A stretch of 58,173 nucleotides of DNA from a virus (taxonomy: Duplodnaviria; Caudoviricetes). The stretch lies in the IMG/VR virus record IMGVR_UViG_3300027741_000073, positions 1 through 58,173 of that record. One strand, 5' to 3'. The translations under genes and the position numbers were made by a program. Positions 18,053 to 27,155 of the stretch are shown one piece after another (position 1 is the stretch's first letter; each line of letters opens with the position of its first letter). The notes under the pieces are model-generated. The model was given only the letters and a program-made list of their open reading frames with translations, was not told the DNA's origin and made no database searches.

Positions 18053-18518
18053 TAAAAAAGAGTATAACAACGATGTTATTGTATCAGCACTAAGGTGTTT
18101 GTTTGCGGATAATTTTGTAGTGTATTACAAGTCACATGGCTTTCACTTTAATGTGCAAGGACCAACATTTCCTCAAGATCATAAATTGTTAAATAAAATA
18201 TATGATTTTTTATGGGACAACCATGATAGTTTAGGTGAACAATTACGACAGTTAGATAAGCCAGCATTAACTTCTCTTAAAGCTATTCTTAGTGTAACAG
18301 AAATCAAAGAAGAGTCTGCTGTGCTAGATGATAGCCGCAAACAATTTGAGATTCTTCAAGAAGATTTTGAAATGTTACTTCGTAATGCTCAATGGATTTA
18401 TGAAGAAGCAGGTAAGCAATGTATTGGTGGTTTAGAAACTTTTATTGGTGACTATCTTAAAGACTTATCTAAGTTTAACTGGGAGTTAAAAGCTATATTA
18501 AAACGGAGTCTTAAATGA
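18045..18518 (+). CDS. dps: Dps-family ferritin-like protein
   Basis: YYKSHGFHFNVQGPTF..DH.L...Y......D..GE.LR, 157 aa. Confidence 0.85.
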   Translation: MNNKKEYNNDVIVSALRCLFADNFVVYYKSHGFHFNVQGPTFPQDHKLLNKIYDFLWDNHDSLGEQLRQLDKPALTSLKAILSVTEIKEESAVLDDSRKQFEILQEDFEMLLRNAQWIYEEAGKQCIGGLETFIGDYLKDLSKFNWELKAILKRSLK

Positions 18519-18769
18519 ATAAATACCGTAACTACAATCTCTTTGCCTTAAGAGGTGATGAAAATACATCTGATATGGATGTATGCGAAACACTTGGTCT
18601 TGACTATAGTTTAGCTGGGACACCTGCTATTAACGATGCAGCTATTAAAGCAATGCACAAAAAAAATGTAGATGGATACCTTAAAAAAGGCTATCCAGAA
18701 GAAGCAGCCTTTGCAATGGCAAATGAAAAAGCTGATACAATCAGAAATGAAATTAAAGATTTAATTTAA
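18515..18769 (+). CDS. hypothetical protein
   Basis: GGAG RBS; last + strand gene before the terminator. Confidence 0.7.
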   Translation: MNKYRNYNLFALRGDENTSDMDVCETLGLDYSLAGTPAINDAAIKAMHKKNVDGYLKKGYPEEAAFAMANEKADTIRNEIKDLI

Positions 18770-18818
18770 AAAAAAAATAACCCCTATTAGGAATAATCCT
18801 AGTAGGGGTTTTTTATTT
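18768..18818. terminator. bidirectional intrinsic terminator between the convergent genome arms
   Basis: A-run, stem AACCCCTATTAGGA / TCCTAGTAGGGGTT (18779-18810), T-run. Confidence 0.9.
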
Positions 18819-21800
18819 ATTTAGCTTTAAGTAATACTTCGGCTAATACTTTAGCCTTCTCAGAGAACTTTCTTTCAAATCCATCATTAATAATTTTAGA
18901 AAGAACATCAGGACTATTTTCAAATCCAAGAACATAGTTACGTTCCCAATTCCAACCTTTATTACCAGAGTCTTCAGAAGATTTATTCTCTTCAATAGCT
19001 CTATCTAACATATTCTTTTCTTTAGTACTCTCAGATTCAACTTTAGGTTCAGGTTTAACCCATTCAACAAAGTTTCTAATAGCAGAACCACCAGCGCCTG
19101 TTGTAGTCATTTGAGCTATACCATGCTTCTTAATAAACTTATTATCAATCATAGCCTTGTATGCTCTATCTACTCCAGCACTGAATCCACTAACAAAAGT
19201 CTTACGGATATTTTCAGCTCCACCCATCTTTTCGTTGTTTTCAGCTAACGTAAACAAAGCTTTAAAAGCATTACGATTAACTGCTAGGTATTTGCTGTTA
19301 GGTTCCCATCCAAGAAGTTTAGCTTCTTTAAGCACTTGCTTAGTGTTAGCTACATACTTCTCCCAACCCTGATTAGCTTTACTTTTGCTGGTACGTTTAT
19401 CAAAGATCTTCTTATAAGAATCACTATTAAGTTTATCTTGTAAGTCATTAAAGTAACCACCAAGAACTTTATATCTACCTGTACTACCTATGTCAATGAA
19501 TTGACGTCCAGCTAAGATGTTATTAAATACATTGTTTTTAGCATTTTCATATGCTTCGTCTATGCGTTTACCAAACTGTTTTATCTCAGGTATAGCTTGT
19601 GGTATAGCAATATTATTATAAGCATTACGATATATATGCAATGATTCAGGACTAGTAATTAACGCATCATGAACTGTCATAATAGGCATTGGTATCTTTA
19701 AGTCTTTGTTAACATAGTTAAGCATTAATTTAAGTAAGTCAGCATCAGTAGATTGAACAGATAATACACCAATTTGTCGAGCTAAACGAGAACCATAAGG
19801 GTTGTTATAAGACTCATGTTTATTCTCTACAGCATTATAATATGATTGAACACCAGCAGTTGCTGAAGGAGTTAACCCACGTCTGCCTTCTCTGACAGCT
19901 AGGTTATTACCACCAACACTATAAATAGTTTCTTTATATCCTGGCATCATCTCTTGCGACTGACCTGAAGAAGAAGGTTGAATCCTATCTTTAGCTTCAT
20001 CTCTAGTAAATCCCATTTCAACAGTGCTGTATTGCATATCGTCTCCACCAACACCCTTATGGGTAGGTACTGTATCTAACATAGCAAACATACGACCATA
20101 TCGAGCAAGGTTCTTTGTGTATGTTGAATCAACTACTTTGCGTAAAGCACCTTCAAGACCTAAGTTTAAATCACGAGCAGCTTGAATAAGTACTGTTCCA
20201 TTCTTAACATCATTCTTATATACACCAGTCTTTTCTAAATGTTTCATAGCAAGTCTATTGTACTTACCATTGTTTAAAAACTCATACATATTTTCAAAGA
20301 ACATACCAGCATCTTTTGAATAAGAGTTTTCCATTAAAGGTTTTTTAATCAAGTCAGATACTACTGAATTACTTTCTTTTCTGACAGCTTCAAAAAAGTT
20401 CTTCCATGCAGTCATTACTTCAGGACGATCTGACAAAATATCATCCATCTGATCTAGCATAGTTGCATAAGTGTAATCACGCATATTACCTAAACTAGGG
20501 TCATATGTACTTAAGCGAAGAGCTGTGTTAGGATTACCAGCAAACAATGATTGAATGAAAATACCATTTTGGTTTCCATCATCAAAGTTCATTGCTGTAA
20601 CTTGTATTGGCATACGTTTCTTTGCTGGATCAATAAATGATTTTTGCGCTTGGAACATATCATCCCACAAGTTTTGGTTAGCAGAAGCTTCACCTCGCTC
20701 CATACCTGCTAATAGATTAACAATCTCAGGACTAGCCTTAGTTGGATCTTCTAACCATTCATTATACATCTTACCTATATTAGCTAAGTAAGCACCAATC
20801 TCAGGTGTGTATGCCATGATATTATCTGCTGGAGCTTTACCAGCAACCTTAGTTTTAATACCTTCAGGTGCAGTATAGTTATAGTAGTTATTAACCGCCA
20901 TTTCCATTAAGCCTAATGCTGATCTTTGATATGGTGTTAGCGCCATTAATGCTTGGTGTTGTTCAACTCCTGGCTTAGTCTTATTAAAAACTCTATTAGC
21001 TAATGCTTTTAGGTTATCAATTTCTTTTGTGTCAAACAAGTCAGACACTTGTATAATAGATTTAACACCAAAGTTAAGCATCTCTCTTATAGCGCTCTTA
21101 GAACTAATAATATCGGTATCAGGATTACGTCTATCAAAACGGTGATTAGCAGTTGCATGAGCATAAGATGTATACAACAAATGACCTAGATCTTTTTGTG
21201 CTAAACCTAAATCATACTTCAACCTAGCTAATCTGTTCTGCATCTCTTCACGAGCATGTTCATCTTGTTTAGCTTCATATTGAAGTTGTTTGTTGCTATC
21301 ATTAGCATTATAATCTTCGTCTTTACCTACAGCGTTCTTTAATGAATTAAAAGCAGTCTCACCCATCTTATGACGATCAGCAAAGATACTTTTGCTAAAG
21401 CCTGACTCATCATCAAACTTAGCAGTTACATCTTCAAGCTGTTTCATAAGTGAGTTAACCGACTTAGGATTAAACATCTCAGCTATACGACCTAAAATAT
21501 TCTTAGCGTAAAATGCACCGTTATGTTTAGTTCCTGGAGCCATCTTAGAGTTCTTAGTAATCTGGTTACCCTGATTAATGAACTCACCTAATGGAACACG
21601 AGAAGCCATATGCCTACGTTCAGAGCCAGTAACAGCTGCAGCTAAATCTTCAAGAGCTTTACTTTGATCCTTTAGAGCTTTTGAAGGGGCAAACATAGGC
21701 ATACCATCTTTATTCTGATACTCTAATAGATGCCCATTACCATACTTACCAGCAAAAGCTGCTTGAGCTAATTTGTATGATGTTCCATCTGGAAGATTCA

Positions 21801-22725
21801 AACCACGATTAGCTAAGGCAGTATCAAATGCAGCAGCAGTTGCGTTAATAATATTTATCTCATTAGCTTCATCATTGTTCTCTACATTAGACCCGTCAGG
21901 ATTAATGCCAGTACTAGGCGAAGACATTTGAGTTACAGCACGAGCAAAACTAAGAGCTATATACGAAGGAACAATCTTAAGGGCGTTAGATAAACTTTCA
22001 CCCTCAAGACCAGCATCTTGTAGTATCTCTGTACCAGCCGCAATACCTGTATTGTATAATTCACCTGTATCAGGATTTATTTTAGGTACTTTAACTGACT
22101 CAGAGTTGTTAGAGAATAGTTCATTCCTAATACTTTGAGTGGCATACTCAAGAGGAGTAGCCGCTGTTATAGACTTTTGTTCTATCTTCTCAGGAGACAG
22201 GTTAGTAAACCCAGCTTCATTAGATTTTTCAAACAAAGACCTAGCAGTATCAGCAGCACTATCTCCAAACTCATCTAAGTTTGCATTAGAAAAATCCCTT
22301 AGACCACTCAATTGACGTTGTTGTTCTTTTTGATAATCATCTAAAGGAACTTCTCTAGATAATGGATTGCCACTTTCATCTCTAGCTACATTACCTTGTT
22401 CATCTAATACAGGCTCATAAGGTCTGTTAAGAAGGTATGGATTACCTGTAGCGCCTACTAATGAACTGTTGTCAGTTACATCAGGTTGCACGTGTACCCC
22501 TGCCATACCAGCAAATTTAGGCTTAGGGATTTCCATTGTAGCTGCAACAATAGGAGGGACATTAGCAATGTTTTGTAAAGGATTAGCTCCTGACTCAGGA
22601 GAGACAGGCAAAGTTGGTTCTGGATTTATTTGCCGTTGAATTTCTTCAGCTGAATTTACACCATTAGGTGCTAATGTTCTAAGTCCAGATCCAGGACCTT
22701 GGGGGTTTTGTATAAAACGTGCCAT
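18817..22725 (-). CDS. putative virion-encapsidated single-subunit RNA polymerase (1302 aa)
   Basis: FDDGNQNG (motif A), KKPLMENSYS (motif B), SVQSTDA, TVHDAL (motif C) in T7 order; no Cys; located among ejection protein genes. Confidence 0.75.
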   Translation of the reverse strand: MARFIQNPQGPGSGLRTLAPNGVNSAEEIQRQINPEPTLPVSPESGANPLQNIANVPPIVAATMEIPKPKFAGMAGVHVQPDVTDNSSLVGATGNPYLLNRPYEPVLDEQGNVARDESGNPLSREVPLDDYQKEQQRQLSGLRDFSNANLDEFGDSAADTARSLFEKSNEAGFTNLSPEKIEQKSITAATPLEYATQSIRNELFSNNSESVKVPKINPDTGELYNTGIAAGTEILQDAGLEGESLSNALKIVPSYIALSFARAVTQMSSPSTGINPDGSNVENNDEANEINIINATAAAFDTALANRGLNLPDGTSYKLAQAAFAGKYGNGHLLEYQNKDGMPMFAPSKALKDQSKALEDLAAAVTGSERRHMASRVPLGEFINQGNQITKNSKMAPGTKHNGAFYAKNILGRIAEMFNPKSVNSLMKQLEDVTAKFDDESGFSKSIFADRHKMGETAFNSLKNAVGKDEDYNANDSNKQLQYEAKQDEHAREEMQNRLARLKYDLGLAQKDLGHLLYTSYAHATANHRFDRRNPDTDIISSKSAIREMLNFGVKSIIQVSDLFDTKEIDNLKALANRVFNKTKPGVEQHQALMALTPYQRSALGLMEMAVNNYYNYTAPEGIKTKVAGKAPADNIMAYTPEIGAYLANIGKMYNEWLEDPTKASPEIVNLLAGMERGEASANQNLWDDMFQAQKSFIDPAKKRMPIQVTAMNFDDGNQNGIFIQSLFAGNPNTALRLSTYDPSLGNMRDYTYATMLDQMDDILSDRPEVMTAWKNFFEAVRKESNSVVSDLIKKPLMENSYSKDAGMFFENMYEFLNNGKYNRLAMKHLEKTGVYKNDVKNGTVLIQAARDLNLGLEGALRKVVDSTYTKNLARYGRMFAMLDTVPTHKGVGGDDMQYSTVEMGFTRDEAKDRIQPSSSGQSQEMMPGYKETIYSVGGNNLAVREGRRGLTPSATAGVQSYYNAVENKHESYNNPYGSRLARQIGVLSVQSTDADLLKLMLNYVNKDLKIPMPIMTVHDALITSPESLHIYRNAYNNIAIPQAIPEIKQFGKRIDEAYENAKNNVFNNILAGRQFIDIGSTGRYKVLGGYFNDLQDKLNSDSYKKIFDKRTSKSKANQGWEKYVANTKQVLKEAKLLGWEPNSKYLAVNRNAFKALFTLAENNEKMGGAENIRKTFVSGFSAGVDRAYKAMIDNKFIKKHGIAQMTTTGAGGSAIRNFVEWVKPEPKVESESTKEKNMLDRAIEENKSSEDSGNKGWNWERNYVLGFENSPDVLSKIINDGFERKFSEKAKVLAEVLLKAK

Positions 22726-22727
22726 GC

Positions 22728-25700
22728 TTAATTACCTTTCATATCATTTAAAATGTCTACTGTTTTTCTAGATACAATAGGAAATGAACCTACTACTGGA
22801 AGACTACGCATAAGTTTTTGCGCACCCTTCTCAGGTCTACCTTCTAGAACATCAGCAACACCTTCACCAGTACGAGCTACATAGTTAAAGGTTGGGGACT
22901 TATCCTTAGCTTGTTCATAAGCCCATTTTCCAGGTTGTTCAGTAATTTTTGTTTTAGACTGTGGATATACTGGAGATACAAAGTCAGATAGTCTTTCAAA
23001 CTGACCTAACAAACCTGAAGAATGTATATTACGTTGTGCTCTCTTAGCTTTACCTTTTACATAAGGACTTTCTTCCCCATAAGATAATTGATCTTTAAGA
23101 GCATTACCTACGCTAGCCATTAACAATGCACTAGCCATAGTAACAAACGCGGAGTAACCCATACCTGCATTATTGCTTAACAAATATTGCTTGTACAGTC
23201 TTGGAAGGATAACAGCGTGAGCTGCGGCCATAAAACGAGTCATAACAGTAAACACCCTTAAATAAGGATTGTAATAATACTTAGGAATATTATATGGTTG
23301 AGGATTAACAACACGAGAATCAACAAAGTTACCTAATGCTGTTTGTATATTGTCATATACAGCTTTAGTGCTGTCATTCATTTCATCACGATTTCTTTCA
23401 GAAAAAGCATTATTAAAAAAATGAATATTATTTTGATCAGACTCTGCATCTACAGCATTCATTAATGCTTGTACATTAAGACCATACTGTTGTAGCTCCG
23501 CTAACGCAGCTGCTTGTGCTTTATTAAGACCTTGACCTGTAGCTAAGGCTACTTCTCTAATATTAGGGTCTACTTGAGCAAGAGTCATTACTTGGTTCAT
23601 CATAATATCGCCAGCAACAGTTAACACGGCTATACGCATAGCATCTGTTTGTGCTCTTAAACCAATCATAGATGCAAAGAAAGCCATAGCATTTTGTTGT
23701 CGTGAATCATTAAATTCAAACTTAGATTGTACGTTAGATATCTCATGTCTAAAGCCAAGGTTTTGCATCATCTCTCTAACAAAGAACCTATCTTTAAGAG
23801 CTAATAACTCTACATCTTTATCTATAGCGTCTAATTGTTCTTTTAATTCAATCTTACGATCTAAATCTTTAAGACTATTAGAACTTGATTGCTCTAGCTT
23901 TTTGTATTCATTATCTAACAATGTTCTTTGATCTTCATATTTTTGTATCTTAGCACTAAGAGTGCTATCAGTACTAGAGAATGCCCAGCTTGAGTACAAT
24001 CTACCTATTCCAAAGTTAGCTGCTTTCTTTATATCATCGCCTAGCTCTGATTTAAATTCTTTTGCAAATGTTTCTAATTGCTTTAAGAACAATTCATGAG
24101 GAGTACCTAACATAGTATATGGTACTTCAGCCATAGAAGATATAGTAGCTTTACCTAAAGCTGCAGTCATAGCAGCAGTATTAAGCCAACCAACAACTTT
24201 AGATAAATAAGGATGATCATCCATTGAATGGTAATTACCCTTTACAATTTCAAAGAAAGCTTGTGACTCACCAACAGCTGATTTAAAAGCTAATAATGCT
24301 TTATCACCTGTTCCAAACTCACCATTGTTCCATGCTTTAGATAAACCTTTGGCAAGTACTTCTCCATTTTTACCAAAATATTTTGCAACACCAATATCTC
24401 GAGCCAAACGACTTTTAACTGATTGAACATTATCTAATATATTTGATTCAAAGAATTGACTTAAGCTAGGGTTATTAAACATACCTAGTCCAGCTAAATA
24501 GTCTTTAGCTAACTCTGCCTTCTCTCTGTTACCAGAAACAAGGTTGTTAACTGCTTTACTTATTTCATGAAGATGTTCAGATGGATTTGCTTTAGATAAC
24601 TCATCTAATATAAAAGCTTTATTTTTATTCCATTGTTTAAGATCAACTAAATTAGAATCTAACAAGCTAGTTGGATCAAGAAGAACCCTAGATGCTACCC
24701 CACCAACACTATCAGCTTGACTTCTTAAGGTATTAACAGCTTCTTGTTGTTCTACCCACCATTTGTTTAACTCTTTGTTAATTAAATTTTGTTTATCATC
24801 ACCAGTATTTTGATTAAGATATGCACCTTGCTTCCAAGTTGTTACTGCATCTTTAATATAGGTATCTAACAAATTTTTATTAATATTTAATTTACCAGCC
24901 AATGTAGTACCATCAGTTTTTACTGTATCACCTATTAAGTTTTGAACAAATCTATGGAATGATGCTCCAGGAAGTATACCGTCTCCAGCATACATAGCTT
25001 TTAAAGCACCTAAGTAATATTTAGAATTTCCATTTTCATCTGTTATAGATGGAAACATTTTATCAATTTGTCTACCCATAAATGTAGTAAATGGGGACAA
25101 CAAAGATCTACCTACACTTGCAAGACCTCTTGATGCAGGTAACTTGTACAAATCATCAGTAGCATGTTCATCATTTAAATTAAAGTTACTATTTCTTATT
25201 TGTGATGCAGCCTGTTCAGCACTTACAAAACCACCATTATTTGTTTTAAGACGTTGATTGTTATCTGATTGATATTGTTGAGCATCAGAGATATTACCTT
25301 CATAATTCTTAAGACCACTATCAATGGCATGCCACTGAGCTGTATTGGTTATCATACGTGGAGCCATGAATGAAGCAGAAAAACCTAATCCACCTAATCC
25401 TGCATTAAGCATTGTACGAGAAAAGCCTGCTTCATTTTCTGGAGTAAAATTTCTTTTACCAGCTGAACCAAGTAATTCCATATACTCTTGAGTCATCTCT
25501 TGACTAGATTGTATAGCAGAATTTTCTACTGCATACAGTGAGCCACGTAATAAAGCTTCTTTAGATAGATATTGTTTTTTAGCAAAGTCATGAGAGTAGT
25601 CAGCAAGAGCTAACAATTCTTTTTTAGTTCTTTGTTCTATATCTATTAACGCTGCCTCTTTAGTTGCAGCTCTGCCTGTTTGAACCATAGCTTCCGCTAA

Positions 25701-27152
25701 TTTAGCTCTAGAACCTGAAGCAAAGATATTATTAAGCGCAGAAGTACCTCCGAACATACCTTTTAATTCTAGTTGTTCAGCTAACTGTTCGAAAGTACCT
25801 GTGCCAATAGCTAATGCCATATCTTTTTTACCTTCTGGTTGAGCACCATAATTCTTACCAGCAAATAAAAGTGTTCCAGGAATTATAGTAGATGCCCCAG
25901 CAAATGGCCCACCCATACCTGCTACTGCAACCATTGTTGGTAAAGAACCTACAATAGAGCTTGCTACAGTGTTTGTAACAGCAGATAATTTACCCCATGT
26001 GCTTTTACCACTGTTAAATGTTTCCATAATAGTGTCATTACCACCAACACTACCTTCTGCATCTAACATTATTTGGGCATTGCTCCATGCTCTACGACCA
26101 GCTTTACTTAAATAATTTAATTTAGCTTCAGGGTCAGCTTTAGTAAAGGCATCTTGATTTGGCTTACTACCAAAATATTTTTCATAAGCATCACCAGTCA
26201 TAGCTGCTACACCAGCACCCCATTGAGCTGTCTTTAAACCACCTTGGTATAAAGAATCCAAATAATAATTGTCATGCATTTGATTATCAATATTACGATC
26301 ATTTTTATTAAATTTAATAAAACTAGTATTATAAAAGTTTTGCATGTTAGTTACTTGTTGTAATCTAATTTGAGCTTCAAGAAGTTCTTTACGTTTTTCA
26401 GCAATAGCATTATCAGTTAAAGCGTAATCAGTAAATCCTTTTTGTGTAGGGTCTTTAGCCCTCTCATGCATGGCAATTGTATCTTGAAGATCTTTAATGT
26501 TATCAGTAAGGTTAGCAATACCTTTATTAGAATACATTGCTTTAAAGCCAGCTAATTCTTCTGGATTAGCCGCAGTAACTTTAGGTAATACTGGAGGATA
26601 GTTACCCGCTTTAGCAGCAGCTAATTCTTCTTCTTTTACTTTTAAACCAGCTCTTAAATAAGGATTACGTTCAAGAACAGAAGGAAATACTTCGGCATTA
26701 GCTGCATTAGAAAGACGTTGATTACTAGCTTCTGGGGTAGTTTCTTTGCTGACAGGAGCTAAGAAATTACGTACTAAAAAGTCTTGTGCTTTATCGCCTA
26801 CTTGATTTTGACGTTCTAAAAGAACGCGACGGCTAGGAGTCGAATCACGACCTTTAGTTATACCCGTATTGTATCCCATCTCGGATAACGCTTGTGGGGC
26901 TAAAACAGAAGCACCTTGATTTTCACCAAATTTAATAGTACCAGTAACTGGATCAAATCGAGTTACCTCGGGTTGGTTAATTCCATAGTCACGATATTTT
27001 ACGTTATCCTTAATAAAGGTGTCTGCATCTATAAACCTATCTTGGCTAAACACAACAGATTTAAGGCTTGATTTTTTACCATCAATAGAGACATCTTTTA
27101 ATGTGGATGCATCTTTGTCCATTGCTGCAAGGGTGTCTTCTATTGTAATCAT
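22728..27152 (-). CDS. large internal virion / DNA ejection protein (1474 aa)
   Basis: Size and position; helical Ala/Gly-rich with hydrophobic patches; no Cys seen; N-terminal SNase-like motif. Confidence 0.7.
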   Translation of the reverse strand: MITIEDTLAAMDKDASTLKDVSIDGKKSSLKSVVFSQDRFIDADTFIKDNVKYRDYGINQPEVTRFDPVTGTIKFGENQGASVLAPQALSEMGYNTGITKGRDSTPSRRVLLERQNQVGDKAQDFLVRNFLAPVSKETTPEASNQRLSNAANAEVFPSVLERNPYLRAGLKVKEEELAAAKAGNYPPVLPKVTAANPEELAGFKAMYSNKGIANLTDNIKDLQDTIAMHERAKDPTQKGFTDYALTDNAIAEKRKELLEAQIRLQQVTNMQNFYNTSFIKFNKNDRNIDNQMHDNYYLDSLYQGGLKTAQWGAGVAAMTGDAYEKYFGSKPNQDAFTKADPEAKLNYLSKAGRRAWSNAQIMLDAEGSVGGNDTIMETFNSGKSTWGKLSAVTNTVASSIVGSLPTMVAVAGMGGPFAGASTIIPGTLLFAGKNYGAQPEGKKDMALAIGTGTFEQLAEQLELKGMFGGTSALNNIFASGSRAKLAEAMVQTGRAATKEAALIDIEQRTKKELLALADYSHDFAKKQYLSKEALLRGSLYAVENSAIQSSQEMTQEYMELLGSAGKRNFTPENEAGFSRTMLNAGLGGLGFSASFMAPRMITNTAQWHAIDSGLKNYEGNISDAQQYQSDNNQRLKTNNGGFVSAEQAASQIRNSNFNLNDEHATDDLYKLPASRGLASVGRSLLSPFTTFMGRQIDKMFPSITDENGNSKYYLGALKAMYAGDGILPGASFHRFVQNLIGDTVKTDGTTLAGKLNINKNLLDTYIKDAVTTWKQGAYLNQNTGDDKQNLINKELNKWWVEQQEAVNTLRSQADSVGGVASRVLLDPTSLLDSNLVDLKQWNKNKAFILDELSKANPSEHLHEISKAVNNLVSGNREKAELAKDYLAGLGMFNNPSLSQFFESNILDNVQSVKSRLARDIGVAKYFGKNGEVLAKGLSKAWNNGEFGTGDKALLAFKSAVGESQAFFEIVKGNYHSMDDHPYLSKVVGWLNTAAMTAALGKATISSMAEVPYTMLGTPHELFLKQLETFAKEFKSELGDDIKKAANFGIGRLYSSWAFSSTDSTLSAKIQKYEDQRTLLDNEYKKLEQSSSNSLKDLDRKIELKEQLDAIDKDVELLALKDRFFVREMMQNLGFRHEISNVQSKFEFNDSRQQNAMAFFASMIGLRAQTDAMRIAVLTVAGDIMMNQVMTLAQVDPNIREVALATGQGLNKAQAAALAELQQYGLNVQALMNAVDAESDQNNIHFFNNAFSERNRDEMNDSTKAVYDNIQTALGNFVDSRVVNPQPYNIPKYYYNPYLRVFTVMTRFMAAAHAVILPRLYKQYLLSNNAGMGYSAFVTMASALLMASVGNALKDQLSYGEESPYVKGKAKRAQRNIHSSGLLGQFERLSDFVSPVYPQSKTKITEQPGKWAYEQAKDKSPTFNYVARTGEGVADVLEGRPEKGAQKLMRSLPVVGSFPIVSRKTVDILNDMKGN

Positions 27153-27155
27153 GTA

